Source: Neocallimastix sp. 'constans' (taxonomy: Eukaryota). From it: a stretch of 53,671 bases of DNA. The notes beneath the pieces are model-generated. The model did no database searches, was not told the DNA's origin, and was given only the letters and a program-made list of their open reading frames with translations. Both the position numbers and the translations under genes were made by a program. Shown piece after piece: positions 30,744 through 46,071 of the stretch. Numbering within the stretch: the stretch's first letter is position 1; each line of letters starts with the position of its first letter. The DNA is taken from assembly GCA_050613775.1 (NCBI GenBank), contig JBODTK010000126.1, forward strand, positions 434,001-487,671, read 5' to 3'.

Positions 30744-31813
30744 TTTTGATAATTAAAAACTTTATTTGTACATATATATTATGATTTGTGAAAATTTAAA
30801 AAAATGAAATTAATAAATATTACATTTAACTAATTACACATTATATTAATCAAAATATTAAATATGTATTATTATTATTATTTATTTATTTATTTTTTAT
30901 TCTTTTATTTTTTTTTTTTTATTTTTTAGTTTTTTAATGTTTTTGTTTTTTAGTTTATTCTTTTTTCTATTTTATTTTATAATATAATATTTAATTTTGA
31001 CTTGTTTTAATAAAATATTATTAGAAAAAAATTTTGTATTAAAATATTTAAAACTAGTTATATATATAATATATATGATAATTAAAAAAAATTATTTAAT
31101 TATTTTTATATTAATAAACTAATATATAATATTTTATATCGAATAATAAATAAATAATTATAAATAATAATTAATAAAAATATAATAATATAATAAATTG
31201 ATTATTTATAAAATTTATATAATTATATAACAATAATAATAGAATAAATAATTTAAATATATAAAACGAAGAAAAGAAATTAACAAATGAAATAATAAAA
31301 ACCAAAGAATTAAGATATTATATTTTTAAATTATGAATTTATAATTCAATTTTTTTTTTTATGCATTAACTTTATTTATATGTGATTATTAATTTGTATT
31401 AATATTTTGAATAGAAATAATATTAAAGGTTTTAAAAATAATACTATATTAATATTTAAAATTTTAAAATTATTCATTATACTAAATTTAAAAATATTTA
31501 AATTTACTGATATACTATAAATATTTGAATAATTGTATTTATTCATATTGTTATTATTACTAAAATATTATGGTCATAAAAATAGGCAATTTATTTTTAA
31601 TTATATAATAAGATTAAGATTTCTATTATTTAGGATTAAGCATAAAAATTTTCCTTATTTTTTATTATTTGGTCTCTTTTTTTTATATTTTTTTAACTTT
31701 ATTATTTATGGTATAAAAAATGTTATTAAAATAGTTAAATCATAAATATAACAATCAAAAGTTCTTTTTATTATTATAATTATAATTATTATTATTATTT
31801 ATTATTTACTATT

Positions 31814-31848
<35 letters not shown>

Positions 31849-32391
31849 ATTTAATTTATATTAAATTTTATTTTATAACAATATCCAGTTAAAATAAAGA
31901 GATGTGTACTACATATAAATAAAAAATAATAAACAAATTTATATATAAATGGAAAGATTGATAATTAAAAAAAAAAATTTAACAAAATCAAAAAAAAAAA
32001 AAAGCATTTAAAAAAAAATTAAATAAATAAATAGATAAATATTATTTATAATTAAAATGAAAAATATATTTTAGTCATTTGTCCTTTATGTACTAATTAC
32101 TAATCCTTTAATTTTATTATTTTTTTTATTAGTAATAATAATTAAAAAAAATTTTTTTGAAAAATTAATAATTTATTTTATCAAACCATTTTTTATCATG
32201 AATCACATGTAAATTGTTAAATTAATTATTTTTTTTTTTATTTATATTATTATTATTTTTTATTTAAATGTATATTTATTATTCAATAATTAAAAATAAT
32301 GATTAGTTTGAATTAAATAAATGTTTTTTAGTAAAAATTAATAATAATTTCAATTTTGAATAAAAATTAATAAATTATGAAATTCCATTAT

Positions 32392-32428
<37 letters not shown>

Positions 32429-32827
32429 TAAAACGTTATATATACTAAGTTTAAAAATTTAATTATAAATTACAATATTAAACAAATAATACACATAAAA
32501 ATTCAAATTTTATTTTTAAAGGAAAAAAGAAAAATAAAAATAATATGATCTTTACATAATTGATTTAATAAATTAAAAATTTTATAAAATAAAATAATTA
32601 TAATAACGAACAAATTTCATTTAATAATTTCTTTATTTCTTTTTTTTTTTTTTTTTTTTTTTTTTGTTTTGTTTTGTTTTGTTGGGAATATTATGCTTTT
32701 TATTATATTATATTTATTAATCTCCAATAATAATAATTATTTTTTAATAATAGATTAATTTTAATTAATTATGTTATGTTATGTTATATTATTTTATTAT
32801 TATTATTGTTACTATATATAAATATTT

Positions 32828-32859
<32 letters not shown>

Positions 32860-33123
32860 CTTTTTTATTTTTACTTTTAATTTTTATTTTTAATTTCTTC
32901 ATATATAAAATAAAAATTATTAAACACTTAAATTTATTATTATTTTAATTAAAATTATTTTAAGTTATTGAATATATAAGAAAGCTTCAATAATTTATAA
33001 TAATTTCTAAAATAATTAATATATAAAAATTGAGATATGAAAATTGCATTAATTAATCACTAATATTTCATATTTCTATATATTTTAATTTAATTTAAAT
33101 ATGTATATTAATAATATACACTT

Positions 33124-33260
33124 TTGTCATTATTTATAAATATTTTAGACTAAATGTAATAATAACAATAATAATAATTATAAAAAAAAATAAATAATAA
33201 CAATAATAATAAAAAGATTATTATATTACTTTTATAAAATTGAATTTCCACATAATTTTA

Positions 33261-33301
<41 letters not shown>

Positions 33302-33352
33302 TGTCATTATTTATAAATATTTTAAACTAAATGTAATAATAACAATAATAAT

Positions 33353-33385
<33 letters not shown>

Positions 33386-33476
33386 TAATAATAATAATAA
33401 TAATAATAAAAAGATTATTATATTACTTTTATAAAATTGAATTTCCACATAATTTTATCTTTTTTTTTTTTTTTTA
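33124..33476 (+). repeat. ~175-bp tandem duplication
   Basis: TTGTCATTATTT...GAATTTCCACATAATTT...poly(T) occurs twice, starting near 33124 and 33301. Confidence 0.85.
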
Positions 33477-33503
33477 TAACTTTTTAATTATTATTGTGTT
33501 TAC

Positions 33504-35277
33504 TTAAATCACTTTTTTTTCTTGATTATTGTTTAAAATAAATGGAATTGTATTTTGATTATTGCTTGGGTTTGAATTATTGTAATTCATTTTATCAATA
33601 CTTAAATTTTCTTTATTAGCTGTATTAAATTCGTTTTCATTAACAATAACAACTTTATTTACATTATTGGTAATATTTTTATTGGTATTATTAAATTCAT
33701 TTTCGTTAATAATAACTACCTTGTTAACATTTTCAACTGTATTATCATTAATATTATTCAAATTTTTACGTGAATCTAATGTATATTTTTTAAATTATTT
33801 AAAATAAGAATTTATTATTGACTGATTTATTTTATATTTATTTATTTATTTATTTATTCCATAAATACAATTAATCATTATATAATAATTTACCTTCTAA
33901 TGGCTTTATTTGTGAAATTTCTGAACTCATAAAAGCTTCTTCGTTATTATTGATATTAGCATAACTGTTTTCAACAGCAATGTTGTTAACAAAGTCTTCT
34001 TTAATCTTGCTATTGTTGTTATCTACTTGAAGATTAGTTGAACTATAAGCATTAATTGGTGGAAGCATTTTATTCATATCAATACTTTCATTCTTGTTTA
34101 TTAAATTAGTCTTTTCAACAGCATTGCTATTAGCAATATTTTCTTCAATCTTCTTATTATTGTTATTTGTTTCAGAAATTCTAATAGTTGAACTATTAGA
34201 ATTAATTGGTGGAAGCATTTTATTCATATCAACAGTTTTACTATTGTTTATTAAACTAGTTCTGTTTAAGCTAACTCTGTTTAAGCTATTTCTGTTCAAA
34301 CTATTACTATTACCAACAATACTTCCATTTAAAGAACTAATATCACTAGAAGGACTACCAACATTACTATCTAAATCATTAGCACATTCTTCATAAAGCT
34401 TCATATCAATTGGTAATTGGGCTAATGATTCATTAACATCCTTATTATCTGAATCAGCTTTAGAAGAATCGGTAATTCTTTTATGATTTTCATAAACACT
34501 AACTGAACTTTCATACTTCTTATTAATTCCATTTAACATCTTTTCTAATTTCACCTTCATTTCATATAATTTTACGCTAATAAAACTAGTAGATCCTTTA
34601 GCAGTTAAAAGACCTAAAATCCAAAGGTCATCATATAATGAAAATGATCTTTCAACGTGATGATTATAAATTACTTTTAATTTTCTATTATCAGTTGGAT
34701 AATGGCCTAAAATATTCTTAACTTCCTTGTATTCTTTCTGTTCTAATTTTTCATTTGGAATACCAGCACCCCCACAAAAGAATAAATCTTTTAAAGCTTC
34801 AGTAATATATGTTAAGTATTTGACTTGACGATCATTTAATTTTCCATTAAATACTCTACCTGGAGCATAAATACCATGTTGTCCATCGGTATTTAAATCC
34901 ATTTTAGTTCTATGAAGATAATTAAGTGATGATACGTGTTCATAACTGATTGATCTTGGAATATATTCTAATTCACCAACAGCACTATATCTAATAACAG
35001 CTAATGCTTCTAACCAAATGTAATAAATAATATTATTAATTGGATCTAAATCATTACTTAATTTATCAAAGAAAATGTTTAAGTTATATTGTAAATAATT
35101 ATGTAATGGTTCTGAATATTTATTCATCTTTTCACTGTTTAATATTCTAGTTTTCATAATATCTTGAAGACTTTCAAATTTTTCAAGGATACCTCCAATA
35201 GAATAACAAATATCACCACCCATCTATATTATTTAATATTAAAATCAAAAAAAAAAAAAATCAAAAAAAAAAAAAAT

Positions 35278-35312
<35 letters not shown>

Positions 35313-38300
35313 AAATAAAAAATAAAAAATAAAAAATAAAAAATAAAAAATAAAAAATAAAAAATAAAAAATAAAAAATAAAAAATAAAAAATAAAATAA
35401 TAAAAATAAAGTAAAAAAAAAAAAAATGAAAAAAAAAAAAAAATAGTTAGCAAAATATTAAATAGTTACATTAAAATTAAATTAAATTATTAATAATAAT
35501 AAAATTTTATATGAAATAATGTAATGTATATATAGATATTTACATTTCTAACAAGAATTCTTTGAAGATCAACTAATAAATCTTCAATAATTTTTTTAAG
35601 TTGATTTTTATAATAGAATAAGAAATCATCTTCTAATTTAATTTTAACCAAAAGTTGACTATGATCAGAGAATTTTACACTAATTTCTTTCATTGGTTGT
35701 CCTAAAAAGTCTTCACGATTAATGACAATACAAGTTTTTTCATAAATACTATATCCATGAGATTCATTTCCATGCCAGATACAAATATCTAATGTACAAT
35801 TATTCTTTGGTAGTTCAAGATAATAAGCATTAGAACTATCAATATTTGTAGAAATATACTTTAAAGTTGGTTTGGTGTGAGCAGAATTCTGTAAAGTTTT
35901 TTGTGTACCCATAAGAGAAAACGTAATAAAGTAACTATTTAAAAATGGTGATTTAACCTTTTCATTAATATATTGAACTGGTTGAATTATATATGAATCA
36001 TTTCTATTTTCAAAAATAGATTTATATTTATTTTCAATTCTACTGATATTTTTTATGTATTTTTCATCATTACTACTTGATTTAAGAACTGAATCCTTCA
36101 AACTAGAAATAGAATCATCATTTCCCCCACAGTCTCTATAAACTTTTTCAATACGTTCATACAAATCTTCTAACTCTTGTTTACATCTGGCTATATTATT
36201 TAAGCATATACAAACTTTAGGACTATTAACAATTAAAGATGATTCTTCTTCAAATATTAATTCTGAACCAATTCTTTTAAGATCTTTCGATTTTTCATCG
36301 TCCTTTGATTTTGGAGAGAATGCTTTCTGTAAGAAACTTTTACGATTAGTATTAGTATATCTTATTCTTTCTCTGTTAAATTTAGTCATTCTAACTTTCT
36401 CTAATTCATCAATAAGAGTTGTCTTCATACCATCAAGATATGTTGTTAAAGATTTGTTAATAATCATAACTATATGAATTAAACAATTTTTCAAATTTTT
36501 CTTATCAGGCCAACTAATATTAATGAAGTGAGTAAAGATTTGATTACAATAAGTAAATACATCAATAACAGAAGATGAAATATATTCATTTTCATTCTGT
36601 GGTTGGAAATCATCAAGTTTAATAGAATTGTTAATCCATTCATTAGCTTTAATATTTGTAATTCTTAACCACTCTTGAACACAAATGATTAAATAATCAT
36701 CTACATTAATTTTATATTTAAAACTCTCATCAACTTCAGCGCATTGATTTCTTAAATCTTTTAATTCTTTAATCAATTCAAATGAACAATTTAAATCTTG
36801 CTTTAAAATATTTGGATTAACTTTAAATTCAGAAATATCATCATTAATTTGATTAATGAAATATTCAGTTGAATCACGAGAAATATTTAATTTAGTTCTA
36901 GAATTATTTTTATTTTTTTTTTAAATAAATATGTATATAAAAATAAATACATGAAAGTTAAGATTAAATATTAATATATAAATACTTTTAATACAATATT
37001 TTAAACATTTTATATATAATATTTACTCGTTTCTTGGGAAATTGTCCATGTAAATACCAATTTCTTCTTTAATCTTTGGTATTAATTGAATAATACGAAT
37101 AATCTTTGGATCTTCTTGATCAATAGAAGCATGAATAGAATGATACCTTGCAACAATGCCTTTTTGAATTAAAGATTCAGCAAATTGCAAAGTATAATTT
37201 GGATCTTCATTATAACATTCAGATAATTTACAACTATGTAAAAATTCTAATAAACGTAATGTATTATTTAAATCTGTACCATTTTCAGTTTCAAAGTAAT
37301 GCTCATTGAAAGTTGATAAATGTCTTGTTAAATAACTATATAATCTTTGTAAAGATTGTTTAATAGCTCTTATATTTTCCCTTGGTGAAATAACATCTTC
37401 ATTTTCTTTTATATCGACTAATACGGATTTATATAAAGTTTCAGCATCTATATTTTTTGAAATATATTCATCCAATAAGATATCTAAAATTTTTGAAAGA
37501 ACAAATAATTTATTAACACGCCATAAAATTGTACTTGAACTGAAAAGAGTTTGGGCATTCTTAGAAAAGCCAATAAATCTAGTATTATTTTTCTTTGAAT
37601 ATTCAAATTCTTTATTTATAACAGTTTCAACTAAATAACGAGCACAAACATTTGGATTAGAAGGAATGAAACTAAACATCGAATGAGAAATTGAAAGTGA
37701 TTGCTAATGTATTTTTTAATTAAATTAAATTAATCATATTAATGTCATAACATTAAATAATAATGATTATTTTATTAACTTTAAAATTTAGATGGATAAA
37801 AAAATAATAGTACCTCATCAACAAACTGGAATGAAACACGCAATTCACCGGAAATATGACTTTTTGAAGATCTTTTTTGAAGAACATACCATTTATCTAA
37901 AATATCTTTGTACGTATAATATCTAGCAATTTCAGCATAAGTTAATGTAATTTGTCCTAAGAATTGATCTTTTGAAGATTTGAAAAGTTTCACAGATTTA
38001 TCAGTATTTTTATTCCATAAAGTAATCTTGATTGTATCTGATTCCTTTAAAAATCTATTTATTAAAATTACAATAACATTATTAATATATATAAATATAA
38101 ATTTTATATATTGATTATATAATATTAATTATATTTAAAAAAATTAAAAAGAAAACATCAAAGTTTTATATATATTAAACTATATATAATATATATTACA
38201 TATAATTATATAGAAAATTTTAATTTATATACAATATAAATATATTAAAATTTTCTTTTATATTAATTTTGTATAATTTAAAAATAATATATATATTTTA

Positions 38301-39450
38301 TATATAAAAATAATATATATAAACTATATTTTATTAAATAAACTCTATTTAATAATATTTACATCACAGTAGAGAAGTCCCAAGATGGATTAATATTTTG
38401 ATAAATTACTTGGCTAATGAATTCTTTTCCTCCAACTTCAACAATAAAATATGGATTACTAAAATGATTATCATTTTTTGCCTTTAAATTTTTAGCCTCT
38501 AAAATATTTAATTGAATTAATTTAGAGTTTTTAGATTCTTCCATTTCCTTATTTAATTTAGATTTGTTTTCCAAATAGAATTTATAGAAATTTTGTAATC
38601 TGTTAGATTCGTTTAATTCATTTTCTTTCCATAATTCATAATTGTTTATGGTTGAAAAACTATCATTTTTCAAAAATGCTGCATCCTTTTCTAATAAATT
38701 AATATAATATTCTAAATCTTTAACCAATCCCTAAATATATAATTTTTTTAAAAAAAATTTAATTTCTTTACATAAATATTTTTATAAATATAATTATTAT
38801 TTTATAAATACCTCTGTCGAATAATTTTTAATTTTACGTTTCAATTCTGAAGCTTCATTTTGACTTATAGTATAAACACTAAAGAAATATTTAATTAATT
38901 CCAAAATTTCACTTTTGCTTAAATTTAAATCTAAAGAATAATTATTAACGCCTTGTCTATTTACTGCAGAAACATCATAAACCATATCAACTTTTCCCTT
39001 ATCATTATCTGTTAAAATATCATCATATGCATAAGGAGAACTTGAAGACGAAGGTTCATCTAGTGAAGAAGATGCATTCAGTCTTGTATTGTTTTTTAAA
39101 ACAACTTGGTTTTTTGGTTCAACAGCCTTTTCTCTAGAAGTGACTGAAATGGTGTTGTTTAAATTATTAATTAAAGGTTTAAGTTGGTAAGATATATCCA
39201 TTTCATGATCTGGAATTTTTTGCTTTAAATATGAATTTCTTGAACTTGGTAAATACAATATTGTAAGTAATATCTATATAACATTTTAAATTTTAGAAAT
39301 ATTAGAAATATTAATAATGATATTATTTTAAAGAGTTTATCTATATATATTGAAATTAAAACAAATTTTCAATGTACTAACATATAAATATATATTTTCC
39401 GGAAGAATAGAATCCTCAGTATAGGATTCTGAAATATCTGATGAAGCCAT
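33504..39450 (-). CDS. C2-domain + MUN (Munc13-homology) protein, 8 exons
   Basis: Exons 39450-39382, 39273-38812, 38730-38363, 38054-37814, 37703-37027, 36897-35544, 35223-33894 and 33775-33504 join in frame. Motifs: C2 (ILEAKNLKAK...SNPY...NINPSWD...DQFLGQ...WYVLQKRSSKSHISGEL) and MHD1 (EWINNSIKLDDF...SSSVIDVF, CLNNI). Confidence 0.82.
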
Positions 39451-39574
39451 TTTTATTATTCCTTTTAAATTTTTATTCTTTCTCTTATTAAATCTAATTT
39501 TATTAATAATATTTTATAATTGCTTAATATATAATACTAAAAATTTTATTTTATTATATATTTCTTTATTATAT

Positions 39575-39606
<32 letters not shown>

Positions 39607-39655
39607 ATTTTTTCCCTTTTTCTTTTTTGTTTGTTAGTTTTGTTTGTTTATTTTT

Positions 39656-39714
<59 letters not shown>

Positions 39715-42277
39715 TTCTATTTTTATTATTTTTTTTTTAAGGCTAATTTTTTTTTTTTTTAATTTTGCTTTTACTTTTTCAGTTTTATTATATTTTTTTT
39801 TTTTAATTTTTTTTTATCAAATTGTCAATTTAGTTATTTTATTATTATTGAAAATATACTATTTATATTATTATTACTTGATATTTTATATATATATATA
39901 AAAGTATTATAATTAAAACTTCTTGATAATATAAATATATTACTATCTTTAATTTTATATATTTTACTTTAAAATATTTTTTATCCTTTATTTTATTATT
40001 ATACTATTCTTGTTTTATTTTTTATATTGTTCAAAGAATATAAAAAATAATAAAAAGTAAAATTTAGAAAGTTCATATATATCTATATTTTCAGAGAGTA
40101 AATAATATTGTTTAGAAAAATGAATATATAAGAATGAAAATTAAAAATGTAAAAAAAAAAAAAAAAAAAAAATATAAAAATATAAAAAATAATAATTTGA
40201 GTCGAAGTTTTGTAAAACCAAAAACTTTTAAAAATAAAAAAAAAAAATGCAAGATAAATAAAAAATAAAATAAAAAGTTTCAGTATTTAATATAATCTTA
40301 ATTTTTTTATTATGTAATTATAATAATTATTATTTTATATACATTTAATATATTTTAATAAATATTTCTAATATTCGAACTATAAAAAATAATAAATAAA
40401 TAACTATTATAATAGGTATATCCTTTTTTAATTTGTATCTTTACTATACTAATAATTCTATATATTAAATTAAATTTGAAACACTGAATAATTTTTATAA
40501 TTTTATCTAATAATAAAATATGAATATTAATAATATTATCTTTAAAATTTATATTTTTAATTTATTACTGTTACATTGAAAAAGAAAATTTAAGCAAATT
40601 GTACAATTATAATTTTAACCAATAATATCATAAAGATTTTTAAAATTAAAAAAAAAAAAAAAAATAGCTATTACTTGATTTATTTTCTATTATATTACAT
40701 TTCTATTATATTATTTTGAAAAATAATGTAGTGGCGATTTATTAAAAATAAATTAAATTCTTTACTATTATTATAATTTTATCCTTAAAAGTTACATTAA
40801 ATTTATCTGTAATTTATTTGTTTCTTCATTTATTTATTTATATTTATTTATTTATATATTTATTTATATTAATTTATTTATTTAAAATTTTATATTCATT
40901 CATTTATTTATATATATTTATAAGTATTATTTATTTATTTATTTTATATTAATTAATTTTTATTTATTATTTTTTTTATAATAAAATAAATAATAAAAAT
41001 AAAATTTTTTTGATTATATTTATATATAATAAATATCATTTTATATAAATATTAATATAATTATATATAATTATATTATATATTAATATAAAATAAAGTA
41101 AAAAATTTAAATTTATGAGATTGAAAAATAAATATTATTTATATTTATTATTTCCTTCTTTTTTTATTTGTATTGTTAATAATATTTTTGTTTCTTCTAT
41201 AGAGAAAAAAAATTTTATAAGATTTAATTAAATTTTATTTATATATTTATTTTTTATATTATTATTAATGAATTAAAAAAATGAAAAATAATTATTGAAA
41301 ATTTAAATTATAGTTTCTGTCATTTGAAAAATAATATCAAATGATAATTCCTTATTTAATAACAAATTTTAAAAAAAAGAGAATATAAAATTGTTTCATC
41401 CTTCAATAATAGAAGTAATAAATTGAATGGATGTTGGTGTACATTATAAAATTTTTTCTGATAATAAATAAGAACTTAATGAAAAATATAATAATTTTAT
41501 AAGAATCTTTCTTGTTTAAAAAAGAAAATAAATTTAGTTAATAAACTATTTATATTATTAAATTTATATAAATATCTATATATTTAGATAATACACTCAA
41601 AAATGATTCAAGAAATCAAATACCAATATGTTTTCTCTCATTAATTTTTTTATCTTATCTATATATTGTAAAAATGTGTTTATATGAATAATAATTCATG
41701 CTAATAATTTATATATACTAATATAAAAAATATGCAAATATAATAATATATCATTACATATAATAGTTTATATAATATTTTATTTATTTATTTTTAATAC
41801 TATTAGTATATTTATTTTCATACATTAATATATAAAAAAATTTATTTTTTTTTATTTTTATTTTAAAATTAATTAATAATTAAAATTTTTAATTATTAAC
41901 ATAAAGTAATTCTAATTTATATTTTTATATTATGTATTATTTTTATTATTTTTGGTACTTTCCATATAAAACATATTATATAATATTTTTATATAATATT
42001 TATTTATTCAAGGAAAAACTTTTTTTTTTAATATATATTTAAATATATATAAAATTAAATATTTTATAATGATAAGATTTAATTCTTTTAATGGGAATAA
42101 TTTTCCTTCACTTAATTTTTCTTCAAAATTAAATCAAAGTAAATATTATTTTATATTTTTATATTATTATTATATATATATATATAAATAATTAATAAAA
42201 ATATAAATAAAATAAAATAGAATATTTTATAATCTAATTAAAAATTATACATACTTAAATTTCATTAAAATCTCTAG

Positions 42278-42622
42278 TTAATGATTTCAGAAAACAAATT
42301 GAATCATTAGAAACACAAACAAAAATATTAGAGGATATGAGAGATGGTAAAAAAAAAATAATAATAATTTATATAAATTTATATAAAAATTTATTAATTA
42401 AAATTTAAAAAAAACAATTTTTATACAAAATTTCGCTTATTATAATTGAAATTTTTAATGATAACTTATGTATTAATAAAATTTATAATTTAATTTTAAA
42501 ATTTATTTATTATTTGTTAAAATTTATTATGACATTAAATAGAAGGAAGATTAGATATTGAAAGAGAGTTAGAGGATTTTGTAAAAGAAATTGATGAAAC
42601 AGAATGGATGTACAATTCATAA
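42278..42622 (+). CDS. Last two exons of a small coiled-coil protein (5' exons unresolved)
   Basis: Exons 42278-42346 and 42543-42622 join in frame: NDFRKQIESLETQTKILEDMRDEGRLDIERELEDFVKEIDETEWMYNS*. Confidence 0.5.
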
Positions 42623-43382
42623 ATTCTTAATTTATTAATGATTATAAATTAATATAATCATTAATAAATAAAGAAAATAAATATTTTAATATAATTCATA
42701 TTCATTTTATTTAAATATATATATAATGCATTCTTATAATAGTAATTTATGCGTTACATATATAAAACGTAAATATTTATATTTATATTTATAGATTTTT
42801 CAAACGATTAATTTCAAGATCTTAAAATAAATAATCAAAACAATATTTAAATTTAGAAGTATCATTTAATGTTTTTATTTATTTAAATATTAAATAAATT
42901 ATTTATTATTTATTTTTATTATTTAAATTTAATTATTTATTATGAATAAATTAGAAATATTTAATTTCACAATATGGCGATTCTAAATTGTAATTTAAAG
43001 ATATACTTTTTTTAAAACAAAATAATTAAATAAATAAATGAATAGATAAATATAAAATAAATAATAATTTGAAATATATAAATGAGTAAAAAATAAAAAT
43101 ATATTCATAAATGTTTATATTTTGTCAAAATAAATACAATATTAAATTAATAAATTAATAAATTAATATTTACATAAGCCAGAAATAAAGCCATGAATTA
43201 AAACTTTGTAAAATATATTTCCTTATGCTTTTAGAGAGAGCATATATAATTATAATTCATCTATTTTCTATTATCTGCTTAATTAAAATAATAATAACCA
43301 GTTGAAAAGATCATTAAAGTTCTAAATATTGTTAAAAATTTATGCAGTTTAAGATATAATTAATTATTATAATGAATATATA

Positions 43383-44805
43383 TGTTAAAAGTCAAGAACT
43401 TAGGTTTTATAATTATGTCAACTTTATTAATATATTTTATTATAAAGAGTTACTAGCACTTAATTATTAAATTAAATGCTTTTATATTAATACATTATGG
43501 CTAATACATTATTTATATTATATTACATTTTATTACATTAATCTCATATTCACATATTATAACATCATATTCAGATATTCTAACATTCCCCCCTAAACCT
43601 AGTTTTTCTAAAAGATAAAATTCGGTTTATAGGTGAATATGTGTAAATTACTATTATTCTAAAATTTAATTTTTTACAAAATTCTCTTTTATAAAATTTT
43701 CTTAATTGAAATTTTAAACATTTAATGCATATTTTTATTTATTTTATTCAAAAATTTATATTATTAAATACTATTACGTTTTGTGGTTAAACGTTTAAAC
43801 CTTTAATATAATTCAAACTTAATGTTTATTGTAAGTTGAATACTCTTATGGTTTTATACCAATCCTATCTTTATATAAATGTTTATATTATGGCTACTCT
43901 TTAGGTTTTACCCATTTAATTATGTTTATAGCAACTCATTAGGATTTACGCTATTTCAATTCAATTATATGTATATAGCTACTCGTTAGGATTTACGTTA
44001 TTTAAATTATGTTTATAGCTACTCGTTAGGATTTACGCTATTTCAATAATGTTTATAGCTACTTGTTAGGATTTACGCTATTTAAATTCAAATGTATGGT
44101 AACTCTTTGGTATTACGCCCTTTGTTTATTGTATGATAACCTCTTGAGTGTTACATCATTTAAGAATCAATATTGTATTTATAAATTATTCTTTAATAAA
44201 ATATGATAAATAATATTCAAAAGATATTTAATTATCAATTAATATTTTAATGTTTTCAGTATAATTTTCATTAAGAGTCTCAGTATTGTATGGGGAAATA
44301 TAATTTATACTAATATATGCTTAAGCTTGTTTATCTCTATTTATTTAATGTTTCTATATGTTTAGAGCTTCAATTTACTTTTATTCTACTTGGGGATTCT
44401 CTTTTATCAATTATATTAAATTTTACACGTTTCTTCAATTTTTGTAATCTTGATCATTTTAAATGTTCGAAATCAATTTTATTTATTTTTCTAAGATTGA
44501 CATAATGAGCAACTTTTATCACAATTTTAGTTTCCAATTTATTTCCTTGACATAATATTACATTCGGCTAAGGATTTCTATTCCAAAGAATCCTTTCTAA
44601 GAGTCGATGAGACTCTTAATCTGTTAAAAGTCAATAATTTAAGTTTTATAATTATGTCAACTTTATTAATATATTTTATGATAAAGAGTTACTAGCACTT
44701 AATTATTCTAAATTAAATGCTTTTATATTAATACATTATGGCTAATACATTATTTATATTACATTACATTTTATTACATTAATCTCATATTCACATATTC
44801 TAACA
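43383..44805 (-). mobile_element. Non-autonomous two-LTR (copia-derived, TRIM-like) retroelement
   Basis: TG...CA LTRs lie at 43383-43585 and 44622-44805, with a 5-bp TSD ATATA (43378-43382, 44806-44810). The minus-strand PPT is at 43586-43595. A degenerate PBS (GATTAAGAGTCT) resembles the copia half-tRNA-Met PBS. No intact ORF. Confidence 0.88.
43878..44160 (+). repeat. Array of ~40-bp degenerate tandem units inside the LTR element
   Basis: The core TATAGCTACTCGTTAGGATTTACGCTATTT is repeated 4 times with high identity, plus diverged edge copies. Confidence 0.85.
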
Positions 44806-44816
44806 ATATATTTATT

Positions 44817-44852
<36 letters not shown>

Positions 44853-45209
44853 TTATTATTATTTTAAAATACCGCACATTATAATACGTTACATTAGAAA
44901 TGTATTTGTGAAATGCATAACATTCAAACATATTGATATTAATTATTCAATCTTTTTAATTATAGAGAGTGTAGGCGAGTGAGACTCGAGCACAAAGCCT
45001 GCGACTGCGTAGAGTTCAAGATCAGCAGAGAGTGAGTGTAGTCGAATCAATGAATGAAGTGAAAGTGTTTATAAAAATATTTTATTTATAAATGCTTAAA
45101 AAATAAAATATTTATTTAATTATTTGTTATTTATATTAATTAATTATTTATTATTCATATTTAATTATTAATAATTTATTTTTAGTATTTGAATTTAATT
45201 ATTTATTAT

Positions 45210-45875
45210 TGTAACGGTTTACACCCAATAGGTCTACACTAATAAAGTAATTCGTTTTCTTAAAAATATTTGTTTTATTAATATTTTTATTAAAATATAA
45301 AATTTATTATTATTTTTTATTATTAATTAGTTATTGCAATATTTCGAATTACTTTTAACTAGTTAATAAAAGCACAAAGAAAAATTATTTTTTTTGTTGA
45401 GAAATTCACACTTATTTATACTTTTTCGGAAAAACAGTTTCGGAAAAAGTTAAGATTAACGAAAGTTCGAAAAATTAAGTTTTCTTTCTAGAAAATGAAT
45501 CTTATAGAAAAATGATAAAATAATTATTAAAATAGAACTTTCTAGTTTCATTTAGTTATATAATATTAACCAAAGAAACTCGAGAATTTTCTATAATAAT
45601 TTAATTAATTAACTAAAAATAATTATAGATTAGGAAAGGGTGTGAGTCGAACCTAAGAAGTTCTGCTTCATTGTCATGATGTATTACCACCAGACTAGTC
45701 CTCCTCCAGGATTCGGATACCAGACGAATCTTAAAGTTAAACTAGACTACAATGAATAAATAAAATATTTAAGTGTGAATTTCCTTTGTGCTTAATAGTA
45801 TGAAATAATAATAATAATACATGATATTAATAAGTAATTACATGAAATAACATATTTAATAATTATTTTGTTACA
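45210..45875 (-). mobile_element. Probable LTR (gypsy-type)
   Basis: Bounded by the inverted termini TGTAAC...GTTACA and adjacent to a gypsy chromodomain remnant. No clear PPT or TSD. Confidence 0.5.
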
Positions 45876-46071
45876 TGATATTGATAAAGTTTACAGTTAT
45901 TATAAATTTTAAATATAAGTTATAAAATAATATAAAGGATAAATTAGGTTTTAACAATAATAATAAGTTTAATATTAATAATTTAAGAATATAATTTAAT
46001 CATATAATTATATATAATATACTATAAAAAATTAAAGTTTATTAGAGATTCATTTTCTAGTTTAAGTTATT

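Noticed and set aside
43878..44160. CRISPR-like array in the LTR element
   Set aside because: The linkers are short and related to each other rather than unique spacers, so this is an ordinary tandem repeat.
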